Of a DNA stretch of 64,000 nt, positions 50,622 through 63,882 are shown one piece after another. Each line of letters starts with the position of its first letter. Position 1 is the first letter of the stretch. The notes beneath the pieces were generated by a model. The model saw nothing but the letters and a program-made list of their open reading frames with translations. It made no database searches and was not told the origin of the DNA. The translations under genes were made by a program, and so were the position numbers. This DNA is from Podarcis tiliguerta. Taxonomy: Eukaryota. The stretch lies in NCBI GenBank assembly GCA_965153285.1, contig OZ229116.1, one strand, 5' to 3'.

Positions 50622-53600
50622 TGGCTGGGTTTCCCAAGCCACTCTGGGCAGCTTCCAACTGAATATTAAAAACAATACCTCATCAAACATTAAAACCTTC
50701 CCTAAACATGAAAGTAAAATGAAAAAGTAAAACAAAAAAGTAAAAAAATGAAAGTAAACAGAAGTGCTTTTTCCAATCTGGCTTGGCTTACAGAGATCCA
50801 TCCTGTGTGGGAAAGCGCACTGTTGCTTAGGTCAACTGTGCTACAAATGTGTTTTGTAATAGATTTGTCTACAGATATGCCTAGATTGTCCTTAAGAGTG
50901 GAGACCCTGAAAGCCACCTTCAAATACTGAATATAAATCAATCTGCAGTGGTCCTGCTCTTTTATACAGTGGTACCTCGGGTTACATACGCTTCAGGTTA
51001 CAGAATCCGCTAACCTAGAAATAGTGCTTCAGGTTAAGAACTTTGCTTCAGGATGAGAACAGAAATTGTGTTCCGGTGGCGTGGCAGCAGCAGGAGGCCC
51101 CATTAGCTAAAGTGGTGCTTCAGGTTAAGAACAGTTTCAGGTTAAGTACGGACCTCCGAAACGAATTAAGTACTTAACCCGGGGTACCACTGTATTGCAA
51201 TTGTAGACCAATTTTTTATACCTGTTTTTAGTGAACTACATTTAGTTTGAGGTATGCTTAAGTCTAGGCTTCATAAAACATGAATATGATCCTGACTAAT
51301 TAACATGAACTCAAGAGTCCCCCGAAGGAAACATATGCTTACTAAAAGCTAAAAAAAGTGGTGATCAAGCACACAAGGTGAAGCAGGAGTGCTGGGACTC
51401 CTGGCACTTGTTTCAAGCTTTATAAATGTATGAGGCTGAGAAAGGGTGTCCAAACTAGACCATAGTGTAGTGGACCACTTTGTGTTATTACTATCCATAA
51501 CTAAAGTAAGCTTTACTTTGGAATCCCCCCCAACCGCAAGATACTGCTTTAGTAACTACTAGCTTGCTACGTTACACAGGAAGATGTAGCAAGAAGGCCA
51601 AATCTAATCCAGAATGTGGCTCATGGGGATGGTTAGGATTTTCAACTGTTAGATCTATACCCATTTGATTTAGAAGTCTTGCTAGCCTGAGTGAAGGAGT
51701 GATGGTGGCTTACTCCAGAAAATTAAAATCCACAGCAGACTCAGATTAATCCTCTGCTGCATTTATCCCACGCAGGTGCATGCATAAGTCTGAGAGAGGA
51801 TTTCACTTGATTTATGTAACAGTATTTAAGCAAGGGGATGTACTCTATCATCTTACCTTTTCCAAATCTAGCTCTTTTAGCAGGATGCTTGCATTCTTAT
51901 TTGCTTCAGCTGCTTGCTGGTCCTTTGCCTTCACAATTGTTTCAACACACTGGTGACATTTCTTCAGCAAATCCTATACAGTAGAAAGTTTGTGAAAAGG
52001 AAAGATAGGTTCAGCAAGTTGCTAGACACCAAGAACTACTTCACTGGCATATACAAATGGAGTACCAGAGAATATGTCTGTAGGTAATGAATTAAAACTA
52101 GTGATTTTTGATTACTGTTAGGCTGATCTACAGTTTTCTGAAAATACAGCTTTTAAAGCAATTATCAATTTGTTTGCCATACATGTGCTAACTGATCTTT
52201 CAATGCAAAAAGAGCAGAATTTATCCTGAAGCTGCAAGTTTAATACTATAAGAGATTATTGTTTCAACTGGCAGGCCTTGTGCTGGCCAGTTGTCCACCT
52301 GCCTACTTTTAGAATACAACTGTAGCATGGCATTCCAAATCTAGAAAGCATTTCTTATGCTGCCCTTGATAACAGGTGCAAAACCATAACTACTAATGGA
52401 AGTAAAGGTGATCAATTTCCTTAGGCATATCCAGATTTGCAGCTGTTGGATATGGTACAGACCAGAAAAGCCTTTACTACTTCAGACAAGATTTATTCCC
52501 TCCTACCGAATGTTTCCCCATACATATTCCTACTAGGGGAAATTTAGCATCTTAGAGAAGCATTCACTCCTAGCCTTCTTGCTAACATTTTGGAAGGTCT
52601 TTTTTCCAGTGGCAAAAGCATTCAGCCATGCCAATTCACAACGTCTAACATATTGTGAAGTACAGTCCTTCACAATAGCAGCTGCGTATCTATCTCTATA
52701 TAATGGTAGTTAAGACATATGCGGTAAAACTGAACACAATATTTTTTTTTAAAAAATCCAGTGCTTGTTGAAATTCAGCTATTGGGTACTGGTGGAAGGC
52801 AGGTGTGTTGGATAATAGATGCAATGCCTCCCTTGTACATTTCCAATGCAGGCCTGTGAAAATACACCAGTTTTCAACAGCCCCACCCCTCCTCTCTGAA
52901 CCTCATTTTTGTCCAACCTACATACATTTATTTCCAATTTGTTGTGCACAGTCCACGCAATTTCCATCAAGGATGTGCTTTTTGGATATAATCTCTATTT
53001 GAATGAAGTTTTTTAAAATAAGCACTTTCAATGTTTGGTACATGAACAATGCTGTTCTACCTACATATGAAACATGCACTGCTAATATACTTGTATAGTA
53101 TAATGTGGTTCCACTATACAGGATCTTGTGAGAGGGCACCTACTGGATCTTGTGAGAGTGATGTAACAAGTGCTGAAAATCCTCCCATTAGTCTGACCTC
53201 ATTTTGTGAACTTTTTTTCTTTCAGACCTTTCCCCTAAATTATTTGGGAGCTGTGATCTTCAATTATAAAAGTCTTGCAATCTGTTTTTTTGTCTGTTTG
53301 TTTTAAGTGGTGAACAGAGACCGTCCCCTCTACTACAACGGAGAAAATGCCCTCACTCAAGAATTCGGGGTGGGGACACCTAGCTGTTCATTGTCAGATA
53401 GCAACTTTGCTTGCAAGTTAATAGATCCAAGTGGTCTAACACTCAGTTTCATAAACATATCACAGAACCAAGACATAATTGTTTCCATTTTTTATAGTTC
53501 ACCTTTCCTCTAAAATAACCAAGGTAGGCTATGTTCAACCTCTGTATATGTTTGGTTTTCAAGAAGACTATCAATATTGATTAGATTTGGCTTCATGCTC

Positions 53601-56600
53601 AGTAGCATCAATATCTGTTGAATTTATCTATGCATTATTAAAAATAAATATGGGAGCTACTGCTGGGGAAAAACTGCCACTGTTGATTTTAATCATTGTT
53701 AAGTTGCAGGTGGTGCACCACATCATTTAAGAACACATTGGGAGCCTTTCTGGCACTCACCTTGTCAGTTATTGTTGCTATGTACCTCATGCATTCAATG
53801 TCTGAAGGAAACTGGTTAACTTCTTTTACCAAAAACTGCACTACTCTTACGTGACCCTGAAAAAAAAAAAAGAGCAGCACCAAGGTTTTATTCATTTATC
53901 ATCTCCTATCAGAATGGTACACACCAATATGTATACACTAAAACATAAAACACCATTAAAAACATTACAAAACCATCATTAAAACTTTAAACAACTGCAT
54001 AGGCCTGTCAGCATAACAAGGTCTTCAACAGAAAATCAAAAGCAAGTGTTTCCAGCCCAGAACCAGCAACATTAATACCAGACTTATGATTGAGGCCAGC
54101 TGGGCTTCTGAACATGGAGAACAACCAACAGCACTCCTCTAGATGATTTCAGTGATCAGGCTCAAGGATCAGGATTCCTCAAGGTATCCTGGACCCAAGC
54201 TGTTCAGGGCTTTGTTTAACCTTGAACTTGGTCAGGGAGCATACAGGCAGCCAGTACGCATATATGACATATGATATCTATTAGAGGTCACATGCTGCCA
54301 GTCATCTACCCCCCATCTAATTGGAGCTTCCAGACCAAGGGCTGGAAGCAATCAATCAAATGTCAAGATTAACAATGCATGTACTACAGTGGCCAAAATT
54401 ATTCTGATCCAGATATAGTGGTAGCAGACACACCCAACAAAGCTGGTAAAAGGCATGCCAGCCACAGAGGTCACTTGGGTCTGGAATGATAACGATTTAC
54501 CCGGGAGTAATCCCCAAGCTACGTACTTCCTCCTTTAGAGGAAGTGAAACCCTGTCTAAAAAAGGCAACTGTCCTATCCTCTGGACACTGAAACCACCTA
54601 CCTATAATGCCTCTGTCTTTCCAGAATTCAAATGCTGTTTATTTGCCCTCATCCAGACCACCACTGCATTAAAAGCAATGGTCCAGGGCTTTAACAGCCT
54701 CTCCCGATTCAGATGTTATAGAGGAAAAAAGCAGTGTAGTGCTAGCACCATACTCCAAAACTCCTAATGGCATCTTCCATATTCAGATGTTAAATAGTTG
54801 AGGACAAAACGGTACCCCAGTGCAGCCCCACAGAACAACTGCCAGAAGATTGAAGAGCAGTGCCCCAATGTTACGCTCAGGACTTTACCACACAGCTAGA
54901 AATGGAACCTTTTAAAGGAGGAATTTGATGTTGCACTGTTACAAATGTTCTGTCAGTGCAAGCATTTCTCCTTCCTCAACAAAACAATCTCTCTTCTCCT
55001 CCTAAGTGGTTTTTGGGTGGAGGTTTTTTGGGTGGGGGTTCTCCTGACTTCCACCTGAGTCGGGGGGGGGGGGGCGGAGAGCAGGAGGCAGGACAGCCCC
55101 TTTGCCCTAGTGGAAGTCCTTGCATAGGCTTCCAGTAGCAGGACCATTAGCTGAATCCAGCCTGGTATCTCAGATAACCAGGCCACACAGCTGATCTAGG
55201 AGGATACCAGGATCAACGGTATAAAAGGCCTCTGGGAAACTAAGAGTAACGGGATCGCAATCTGCCTGTCCCTCTCAATAAAGGTCATCCGCCAGGGCTG
55301 ATTCAGCCCCTAATCAGGCCTAAAACCAGACTGAAGTGGATTCAGATAATCAGTGACATCCAGGAACACTTGGAAGTTGCTCCACCACCTTCCCTGCAAA
55401 AGGGACATTGATGGCTGACCAGTAGTGGGTCCAGGATAGGTTTTTAAAGGAGTAATTGCACTACCCCCCTCTTTAAGAGCAGCTGGGACCACCCCATCAT
55501 GCAGTGATGCATTCATAACATCCTGGACCCATGTAGTCACCCCAAATTCTAGCTAGCTTTGACCAGCCACAGTCTAGAGTGCATGTGGTCAAAGCCATTG
55601 CTGTAAGTATCCTGGCTACATCATCAGGCAACATCAATTGAAAATGATCCAGGTGTAGCACTGGACATTGTGATTGGACAGTGGCATCCAAGTCAAGATG
55701 AAGACTTTGTCTTTAAAGGGTACTGCAAACTACTTGCAGATATGATTTCATGGATCTGCACTCGAATCCAGGGTAACAAGTCTCTGGACCTGCTAGCTGA
55801 CTCCTTGAGGGAGAAATGGACATAGTACAATAGGATTATGTCTCCTAACGAGTGTTTAGCCAGTTTGAAAGCAAGATTTCATCACTTTCCATCTCATCAA
55901 CTGCAGCTCTTGGGAATATGAGCGAGCAATGTGATCTCCACAGCACTGAAGAGCAGGTTTGGGAATGATCATGTCAGCAGCCCTTCTTGTCTCACTGCTC
56001 CACAGCAAAACAAGAACCTCAACAAAATCACCTACTTTTTCCACTGGGAAATCCTCCAGAGCCATTAGAGTCCATCAGCCTCAGAGCGGACAATCTGAAC
56101 TGGTCCTCCACTCTTGCAGGCATGAATAGCAGTTACAATAACAAACTTCACCAGGAAGTGGTCTGACCATGACCATTCCCCACCTGAAGACCAAAACATG
56201 TTGAGGGTATGTCCTGCTCTGTGTCAGGAGCATGACCATTTGAGGCAGTTCCACAATTAATATGGAGAAAGTGAGTAAGTACAACTAGGTAGCAATTATA
56301 TCCTGGGAATCAGCAGACATAAACATTGTTTTAGGCAGGCGAAATTGCTTCTTCAAATGTAAAGTACAAACTTTACAGTTCACATCAATTCCTAATGCAA
56401 GCTTTCTCAATCTGGTGCCCTCCAAATGTTTTGAACCACTGCCCTCCATCAGTCATAATGGCTGGGGGCAGCTGTCAGAAACACATAGCAGGCACTAGGT
56501 CAGGGAAGGTCGTCATAAGGCAAACAGCAACAGGAAAACAGAAAAAGAGGAAATTTCATTCATTCTAAGATAAAAGATAGGAAAAACCATCAAGTTGACT

Positions 56601-59600
56601 TTTTCAGATTTAAATTTTGTGAAACATCAATGAACTTACTTTACGAAATGCAGACATAAGGGGAGTAATTTTTCTGTTATCTGCACCATCCACATCAGCT
56701 CCTGCCTGCACAAGCAGTTGAACTACATCAAGGTGGCCACCATTAGCTGCAAGCCAGAGCGGTGTGTTCCCTTTCTTGTTGCGAACGTCAATATGTGCCC
56801 CTCTGAAAGGAATTAGAATTAAATTCAAGCTGGCAAAAAAATCCAGGCAGAAATTGAAACTACATTTCAGTTCACAAACACTGGTTATATGGAAGCTGTT
56901 AAGAACTTCAGAACGTCATCCATGATCTTGAGGTATGTGCTATGAAGACTAAACTGAAATTTAGAATTCCAAAAAGGGGGCCTGCAACAAAATTTTAAGG
57001 TCTGAGTTTCAAATTATCCCATCCTTTTCCTAACATGTTAGCACTATGTCAATCGGAACATGCAAAGTGGCTTTTTACTCTAAGTTTTTCTTTTTTTATT
57101 TCTGCAAACCTTGCCAAGCATGCTGATACTTCCCTCTTATGCATGGGACTGAATTGACTTTAGTATCTTACAAGTGGGGTCTCACAACTAAGTGCTGCGG
57201 TGTTATCATGGGTGCATATATTATGTGAACTTGTGGCTGAGGAAGTGGAAAACACAAAAGTGAGCATCAAAGACAGGAGTTTCTGGTCTGACTTCATGTG
57301 TAAAATAAATATTTTTAGTTACAAATTTTTTAGTTACAGTCTGCATGAAAATCAATAGAGCAATGGTCTTTGTAAATGCAACTCAGTGCTTGACTTGGCC
57401 CAAAGGAAAGTCTAAAGGGACAGTTTTAGAATAGTGACCACCCCTGACCGGCAATATTAACAGTGAATTATACTGCAGGGTTGTTGCATGCTACTTTCTG
57501 AACCCAGCTTGCAATGTGGAGATAAATGCAATGGATAACAGTGCAGGGTTTGTACTCTGGTTCAGTCCAACCAGTAAAGCATGTTAAATACACTGCAGGG
57601 CTGCTATATTCTCCCTATCACAAGCCCTTTCAATCTGTAATATGGAGAATGAACTTCATTTGAGATGGTTCTCTGCACCTCTTAACATCTGTCTCTCTCC
57701 TACAATCCTTCCCAGCTGCTCCACTCTGTTCCCCCTCCCACCCAGCTGGCAATTCCCCCTTCACTCAAATAGCCCAGTTTGTAGGTTACAGTAGACACAG
57801 GAATGGGAACCTGCACACATCCAAATGTCGTTGGACTAAACTCCCATCAACCACAGTTAGAATGGCCAGAGATGATGGGAGTTGCAGAATTTAACATCTG
57901 GAGGGTCACAGCTTCCTCACCCCTTTATAATAATAATAATAATAATAATTTTTATTTATACCCCGCCCTCCCCAGCCAAGGCCGGGCTCAGAGCGGCTTA
58001 CAAGCAATAATAAAAACAAGATGAATGATTACAACTTAAAAACAAAAGTAAAATACAACATGAAAATAATGGAACATTAAAATATTAAAATGTAGCCTCA
58101 TCGCAGGAGGAGAAGGAAAAGAAAAAAGAAAGAGAGGGAGGGAGGGAATCAAATTGGCTCCAAGCCAAAGGCCAGGCGGAACAACTCTGTCTTACAGGCC
58201 CTGCGGAAAGAAATTAGATCCTGCAGGGCCCTGGTCTCATGAGGCAGAGCGTTCCACCAGGCCGGAGCCAGAGCTGAAAAGGCCCTGGCTCTGGTTGAAG
58301 CCAATCTAACTTCCTTAGGGCCTGGGACCACTAGGTGTTGTTATTTATGGACCTTGAGGCTCTCCGTGGGGCATACCAGGAGAGGCGGTCCCGTAGGTAT
58401 GAGGGTCCTAGGCCGTGAAGTAAGCCATAGTCAATGGTTTACTCCAAACATGATGATTGCAACATTTTCACACAGCCCCTCTAGCTAGCAGGAGGAACAA
58501 ACCAAGTTTAGCACTATGCCCAACACCAGGTAGTTTGTTTCATTCAAACAAATCATGACTGGTAAGCCTGGCTTAACTTTGTGGTTTGTTAGGAGCAGAA
58601 CTTTAGTATATTACAATGCTAAGTTCCACTAGTTAGAGGGAAGGAGTGAAGCAGGAGCCTTCTGCAGTCACATGGTAAACCATTAACTATGGTTTACTAT
58701 GATGTGTGAATGCTGCCAGTCTCAACGTTCTATGCCATTGAATTTCTAAGGAACTAGTTTTTGCTCCTCCCTGTGGCTTTTTTATATAGTGCTGCAAAAC
58801 CACCAGGTTCTTCGGAGTGCTGGTACCTACTTTTGTATGTGGGTACTCTAGTCATTATAGTTATTCATGTAAAAACAATGACATACCGATTAATCAGGAG
58901 CTCACAAAACTTGTAGTGGCCTTTATCTGCTGCAATTGTTAAAGCGGTATCTCTTGAGGAAGGCACAGGAGGAGCATTGACATCTGCTCCTTTATCAAGA
59001 AGAACTCTTCCAACTTCAGCATAACCTCCAGAAGCAGCTTCCATCAGAGGGGTGAGCCCAGTCTGTTTAAAATAATGTTTGAAATAGAGTCTATATAAAG
59101 CAGTTCTAAACATAATCTAGAAACAGTTGCCAATCTCTTTCACTATGTAAGGACCCCAATGAATGCAAGACCTATCAACATGACTCAGGGTAGCTAGAGT
59201 CACACACAATGGATTCACAAGTCAAAAAAAAAAAGCTGTAAGGTCTTGGGACTATTATGTTCAAGAAGCATCTGTACAGCATAAATGTTCACTTTAATGG
59301 ATCTTACATCAAAATACAATGCTTTGCTTTAGTATAGAACTTTGCTGCCTTGAACACTGCACACTTGAACAATTTGAACAAAAGTACCTCATCACTTATT
59401 TACTAGCATGATATTCAGAATGTTAATATTAATCTGCTCACCACAATATTCAAGACTTTGCAGTTTGCATTTTCTTTGGCTAGTGTTTGGGCTTTTGTTT
59501 CCTGCTTCTCTCCAATCCACCTGCATGACTCCTCCTGCAGAGGCTCCCACAGGGCTATAGTTCAGGAACTAAACTGAGTCAAAGCTAATGTATTTCTTTA

Positions 59601-62600
59601 ATCTCCAATTTACCTCAAGGTTTCTGCACTTTTAGTCAATAAGGGAAGAGAAGTGGGTCTTCGCCACTACTGGCATGCACCGTCTGTCAGGTTGTCCAAA
59701 TGGGAATGCGGCCCTCGAATTGCAGAAGGTTCCCCATCCCTTTCCTCTTTTCTCTCCCCTTATTGACAGGAAGTGAGGAAAGATCAACTGACAGGAAGTG
59801 AGGAACGATCAATGAGGAACTTTTTTCGATTCGAGAGCTGCCTTCCTTTGTGTTGAAGAATAAAGCCACAACCACCCAATATATCCTACACACACTGCAG
59901 CAAACTGCCCATGGAAAAATAACAACCTTTTACTCTTTGGACAGCTCGTAATCTCTTCCACCACCACTCTCTTGCTGCTTGGCCAGAGAAACTGGGACAT
60001 GGAGTAGGCAGACTCTGGAAGAAGAGGCTGGTGGGGCAGATGAGGAGGCCCCAGTTTGCTTCTGGTCTATAGGCCAGAGGTTCCTCGCTCCTACTGTAAA
60101 CCGGTAGTCTTAATCATTTCCAGATCCAGAATTAATCTTTAACACCCACCTCCAATATAGGAGCCACTCAATTTTTTCACTGTTCATCTTTTGCCTTTTC
60201 TCTCTAGGACCACCAGCAAAAAAAGAGGCTATTGCAACAGTGAGTGCCTCTCTACAGTTACAATCTATTATGCAACAACAAGAAAAAAACAGCTGCCAAA
60301 ATTCCCTATTCCACACAAAAGTACATAAGTTTCATATCTGCTTCAATTTTCTCTTCACTCTAATTTAGTATCAAAACAAGTGGTGTGGTGCACTTTAGGC
60401 TGCAATCCACCTTAGCTTGGATAGCTGCAACCCACTATGTGAAAACCAGTATGATAACCAGTAAGGTATCTTGCCATCAGGTGTAGAATTAGAGGCAATG
60501 TCAGCCATGAAGTGGTATCATGAATAATGGTACATTTACTAAAGTAAAAGCAATAAAGCCTTCCAATACTCAGTGATGGACAAGATAAGTTGGCTTGATT
60601 TCAAATTACTGAAATAGTTAAAACCGGAAGCTTTAAACTAAGTCTATTGCCAAAACCATTTTTACCACAAGTCTGTTTGAGAAGAAAGCTATCTGCAGGC
60701 TCACCTTTGCCCTATGTTCAACATTGGCTTTTCTGTCCAAAAGCAGGCTGACCACTTCTGCTCTGCCCTGGAAACAGGCCAAAGTGAGCGCTGTATTCCG
60801 ATTGGTCTCAATCTGAGCATTTATATCAGAGCCCATATCAAGCAACAGCTTCACTGCAGGAACATGGCCATTCATAGCCGCCAACATCAGAGGAGAAATG
60901 CCTAGCTTACTCCCAGTCCTAGAGGGAAGAGATAATTAATACAACCACCAGAACAAAAGAACCTGGACAAATGTACAGAAAACATTTGTTTTCCCCCCTG
61001 GAAGAATAGACACAGGTTTACAGAAAAATGGAAGACAAACCTAACTGACAAAAGCAGACCAGAGCAGACTAAAGCAGACTGGTCTCAGTTGATACCACCA
61101 TTTTACATGCTAAAAACACTAGCAGGAATTTGAAGGGGGAAATCTACTAACAAAGTATGTGAGCTTTTAATATATAAAAAATAGACATCAAAAAATTGCA
61201 CATTTGTTACCAGGAGCCCGTATTATGATAGTTTAATACAACTGAATAGGATCAAAATAGATCAGTTGACTTAGACATCCCCTTTATTCCTCCTCCCAAG
61301 ATAGAACCAGAGGTGGCAAATGCAGCATGCCACAGAGCCCAATAAACACAGCCTGTTACCTTGAATTAATTTCTGCTCCAGCATTAAGCAGGATCTTAAT
61401 AATATTAACATATCCCCCAGATGCGGCAAGACTAAGAGGTGTATAATCAGACACATTCCTGTGTTCTTTATTTGCTCCTCGTGCCAGCAGTAAGTCAACA
61501 ACCTGAAAGGTACAATATTAGCAGGATCAGAGGATAACAACACTCTGGCACTGGGTGGAATTTGCAAACAGCCAAACTGTTAAATTTATAAATAGCTAGA
61601 ATATAAAATGGCAAGTCAGGGAACCAAGGTTCTCTTTTAATCCTTTATTTTCCTCAATGGCTATACAAAGAACCAGTTGCCAATTGTCATTAGCGTATAG
61701 AGAGATTATGGCAGCAGATCACTCCTCAAAATTAGTTTCACTAGTTTGTACGTTTTTAATGGTACTGAGAATCCTACAATAGTCTATATCGAGGTTTCCC
61801 AAAGTTGGGTCTCCAGATGTTCTGGGACTACAATTCCCACCATCTCTGACGACTGGTTTGCTAGCTAGGGATGATGGGAGTTGTAGTCAACAGCTGGAGA
61901 CCAAAGTTTGGGAAACCCTGCTCTATATACAAAAAATCCACAGAACAGAACACTGGTCGCTTACCATGAAGGCTCTTCCTGGTTTGATGTGGAGGCATCC
62001 AGAATGGGCTGTCTTGTTGTACTGCCCAGGACACAGAGTACTCATGTGACCTGAAATTGTGTGGCTCCAGACTCTTCTCCACTTTCCTGCCTTGACCAGG
62101 AACAGAGCTCCCTATTCTAGCTTCCCTCTCTTTCATTCCTGCAACAGGCTTCTAGGACTTCAAGAATTTCAAAATCGTGGCAAGTGTGTGATCAATGGAA
62201 ATGTAACATTTGTCAAAGTCCCTAGATTGCATTGTGAGGCTTGAAAGCAGCAAAGTAATGATTCTTTTCCCCTTGCAGATCCCAACATGCCCTTTTTTGT
62301 CTGACTGCATGGAGGAAATTTTCCTTCTTACAGAGTGAATTGTTTTCTTTTTCCTTTTCAAATGGAACTTGGAGAAGGCAACAAAAAGGTACTAGTAACA
62401 AGAACTGGAAAAGGTAAAACTGGTGAAGGTGTAGAAGCTACTGAAGTCACAAAAGGTGTTGCAGAAGTGAGAGAAAGGACATGGAAGATTCAGCTCTGTT
62501 CCTGGGCAAAGCAGGCTGAAGAGTAAAATCTCTCGTGGACTCAGATCTGGTATACAGTTACAGGTGGGATGTGGGTGGTGCTTGGGCTTGCCAATCGTAA

Positions 62601-63882
62601 GGTCGACAGTTCAAATCCGTGCGACAGGGTGAGCTTACTCTCCTGCCAACCTAGCAGTTCGAAAGCATACCAGCATGAGTAGATAAAGAGGTACCACGGC
62701 GGCAGGTAAATGGCATTTCCATGCACTCTGGAACTTGTCAAGGTGTTCCGTGCACCAGAGGTGGTTTAGTCATGCTGGGCACATGACCCAGAAAAGATGC
62801 CTGTAGACAAACACCAGCTCCCTCGGCTTGAAAGTGAAGATGAGCACCGCACTCCATAGACGAATTCAACCCAGGAGTCCTTCACCTTTTACAGTTACAG
62901 GTTGCATGATACCTGCCCATTCTGAACAGTATGGGGAGTATGGACAATCCAACTTGGATGCCTTTTTCACACCAGAGAAGATTTTGAAGAATCTTGTTTG
63001 CCAGACTGACAAAATCAAATCTATCAAGAGCCATTATAAAGAATGTTTGTAGGAAACAAATTTCTACTACTGGCAATCCACAAATTAAAAAATTAAACAT
63101 GTTCAATACAATATGTATACTTATAAACTAAAATATACCCAAAAAAAATATGTTTCAGGGAGCAAGGGGACATATCAGGCTGCTACATTCATGCTCTCTT
63201 CTCCTAATTTAAGACTAGAGAATGTGATAGATTATAACATTTACCTCTTGGCGTCCACCAGAGCATGCTAATGAAAGTGGAGTGTCCTTAGTACGTTCAG
63301 ATTGTGCTTCTATATCTCCACCCTTGTCTAGAAGGATCTCTACAACACCAACATGTCCAGCAGTTGCAGCTAAAATTAGCGGTGTAAATCCTAATAGAGA
63401 TTATTATATTAGAAGCCATTTTCAAACGAGAGGCAAAGAGGTAGAAAGAAAAGTTGTGTATTAAAACCAATAATTCAGAATAAATATTGGCAATGGAAAT
63501 CACGGAACAGTCAAGTGTTTGAGTTTGTGATAAAGCACTTGTGGTGGGGGGCAAAAAGCTAACAAGAAGCCTCTGCTAAAAAAAACATATCCTCCATTCT
63601 CAGTTAATGCTCAAAGTTCCATATAACAAACATTAAATTCCCCCCAAAACTGTTTCAAAGCAGTTTTTCTTCTATGAGCTAGAAAGTTATGAAAAGTAAT
63701 GGAATGTCCAATATCCATGCATCAAGCCCTGAAAAAAATACCAACAAACAGCAGCACTTCAGTAGCTTACCCTTCTTGTCTCTGTGTTCTATACTGGCAC
63801 CACGTGCTATCAATACAGAGACGAGTTCTTCGTGACCACCAGCACATGCAAGAGTCAGCGCAGTATCGTGGTTACTCTCCGT
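32579..63882 (-). CDS. ANKHD1: Ankyrin repeat and KH domain-containing protein 1 (MASK1), last 18 exons (about 1513 aa), 5'-partial
   Basis: Exons in transcript order: 63882-63771, 63390-63245, 61502-61360, 60918-60705, 59062-58887, 56802-56640, 53856-53761 (ankyrin repeats, e.g. TPLMEAASGGY, TPLWLAANGGH), 51973-51857, 50414-50240 (K/R/E-rich), 49640-49184, 46457-46311, 42589-42440 (KH, SRIMGRGGCNI), 42331-40719, 38568-38389, 36900-36649, 35151-34976, 33106-32942, 32638-32579 (IWPGTWAPHIGNMHLKYVN*, the ANKHD1 rather than ANKRD17 C-terminus). 4542 nt, in frame; adjacent to SRA1 as in human. Confidence 0.95.
37875..37927. repeat. (GATA)n microsatellite
   Basis: Seen directly. Confidence 0.95.
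42667..42748 (+). mobile_element. Sauria SINE 3' fragment
   Basis: ctcggcctgaaaagcgagatgagc...gtcctttaccttta matches the tail of the 62566 copy. Confidence 0.7.
44300..45880 (-). mobile_element. Decayed L2-type LINE (RT region and 3' end) in ANKHD1 intron
   Basis: Frameshifted ORF pieces LDPFQ.G, QQYADDT, MRANKLKLSPDKT, QNLAARLITG...LHWLPI..FRVLVLTYKAL. Confidence 0.85.
44426..44518. mobile_element. 93-bp hAT-type MITE nested in the L2 element
   Basis: TIRs gatagctatcaac / gttgacagctatg; perfect 8-bp TSD tgtagaat (44418-44425, 44519-44526). Confidence 0.8.
48314..48539 (+). mobile_element. 226-bp Tc1/mariner-type MITE (copy A)
   Basis: TA|CAGTGGTACC...GGTACCACTG|TA. Strand is arbitrary and only marks orientation relative to copy B. 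Confidence 0.9.
50568..50621. repeat. (AAT)n microsatellite
   Basis: Seen directly; source of the poly-Ile ORFs in the track. Confidence 0.95.
50967..51192 (-). mobile_element. 226-bp Tc1/mariner-type MITE (copy B, inverted relative to A)
   Basis: Same TIRs and TA TSD; reverse complement of copy A with about 13 mismatches counted by eye. Confidence 0.9.
53890..56240 (-). mobile_element. Old, highly decayed L2-type LINE
   Basis: ORF pieces TTCTLD, GVVPAALKE, YLNPLQSGFRP. Boundaries approximate. Confidence 0.7.
57927..58420 (-). mobile_element. Young L2-type LINE 3' fragment with (TAA)n tail
   Basis: Intact ORF2 C-terminus RARAFSALAPAWWNALP...SFRRACKTELFRLAF; CpGs retained; TAA repeat at the 3' end. 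Confidence 0.85.
59764..59812. repeat. Direct duplication with 25-bp period
   Basis: tgacaggaagtgaggaa(a/c)gatcaa at 59764 and 59789. Confidence 0.9.
61790..61920. mobile_element. Palindromic hAT-type MITE
   Basis: ggtttcccaaa...tttgggaaacc termini, internal gactacaattccca / tgggagttgtagtc. TSD gtctatat / ctctatat. Related decayed copies near 39160-39275 and 57800-57925. Confidence 0.8.
62566..62889 (+). mobile_element. Sauria SINE, older subfamily
   Basis: gggatgtgggtggtgct head, gccaacctagcagttcgaaagca core, ccttcaccttt tail. Perfect 13-bp TSD tacagttacaggt (62553-62565 / 62890-62902). Confidence 0.85.

Noticed and set aside
50494-50801. Poly-isoleucine ORFs
   Set aside because: Translation artefact of the (AAT)n microsatellite.
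61960-62530. Short ORFs that might be a transposase or nested gene remnant
   Set aside because: No catalytic motif, terminal repeats or splice structure that I could support.
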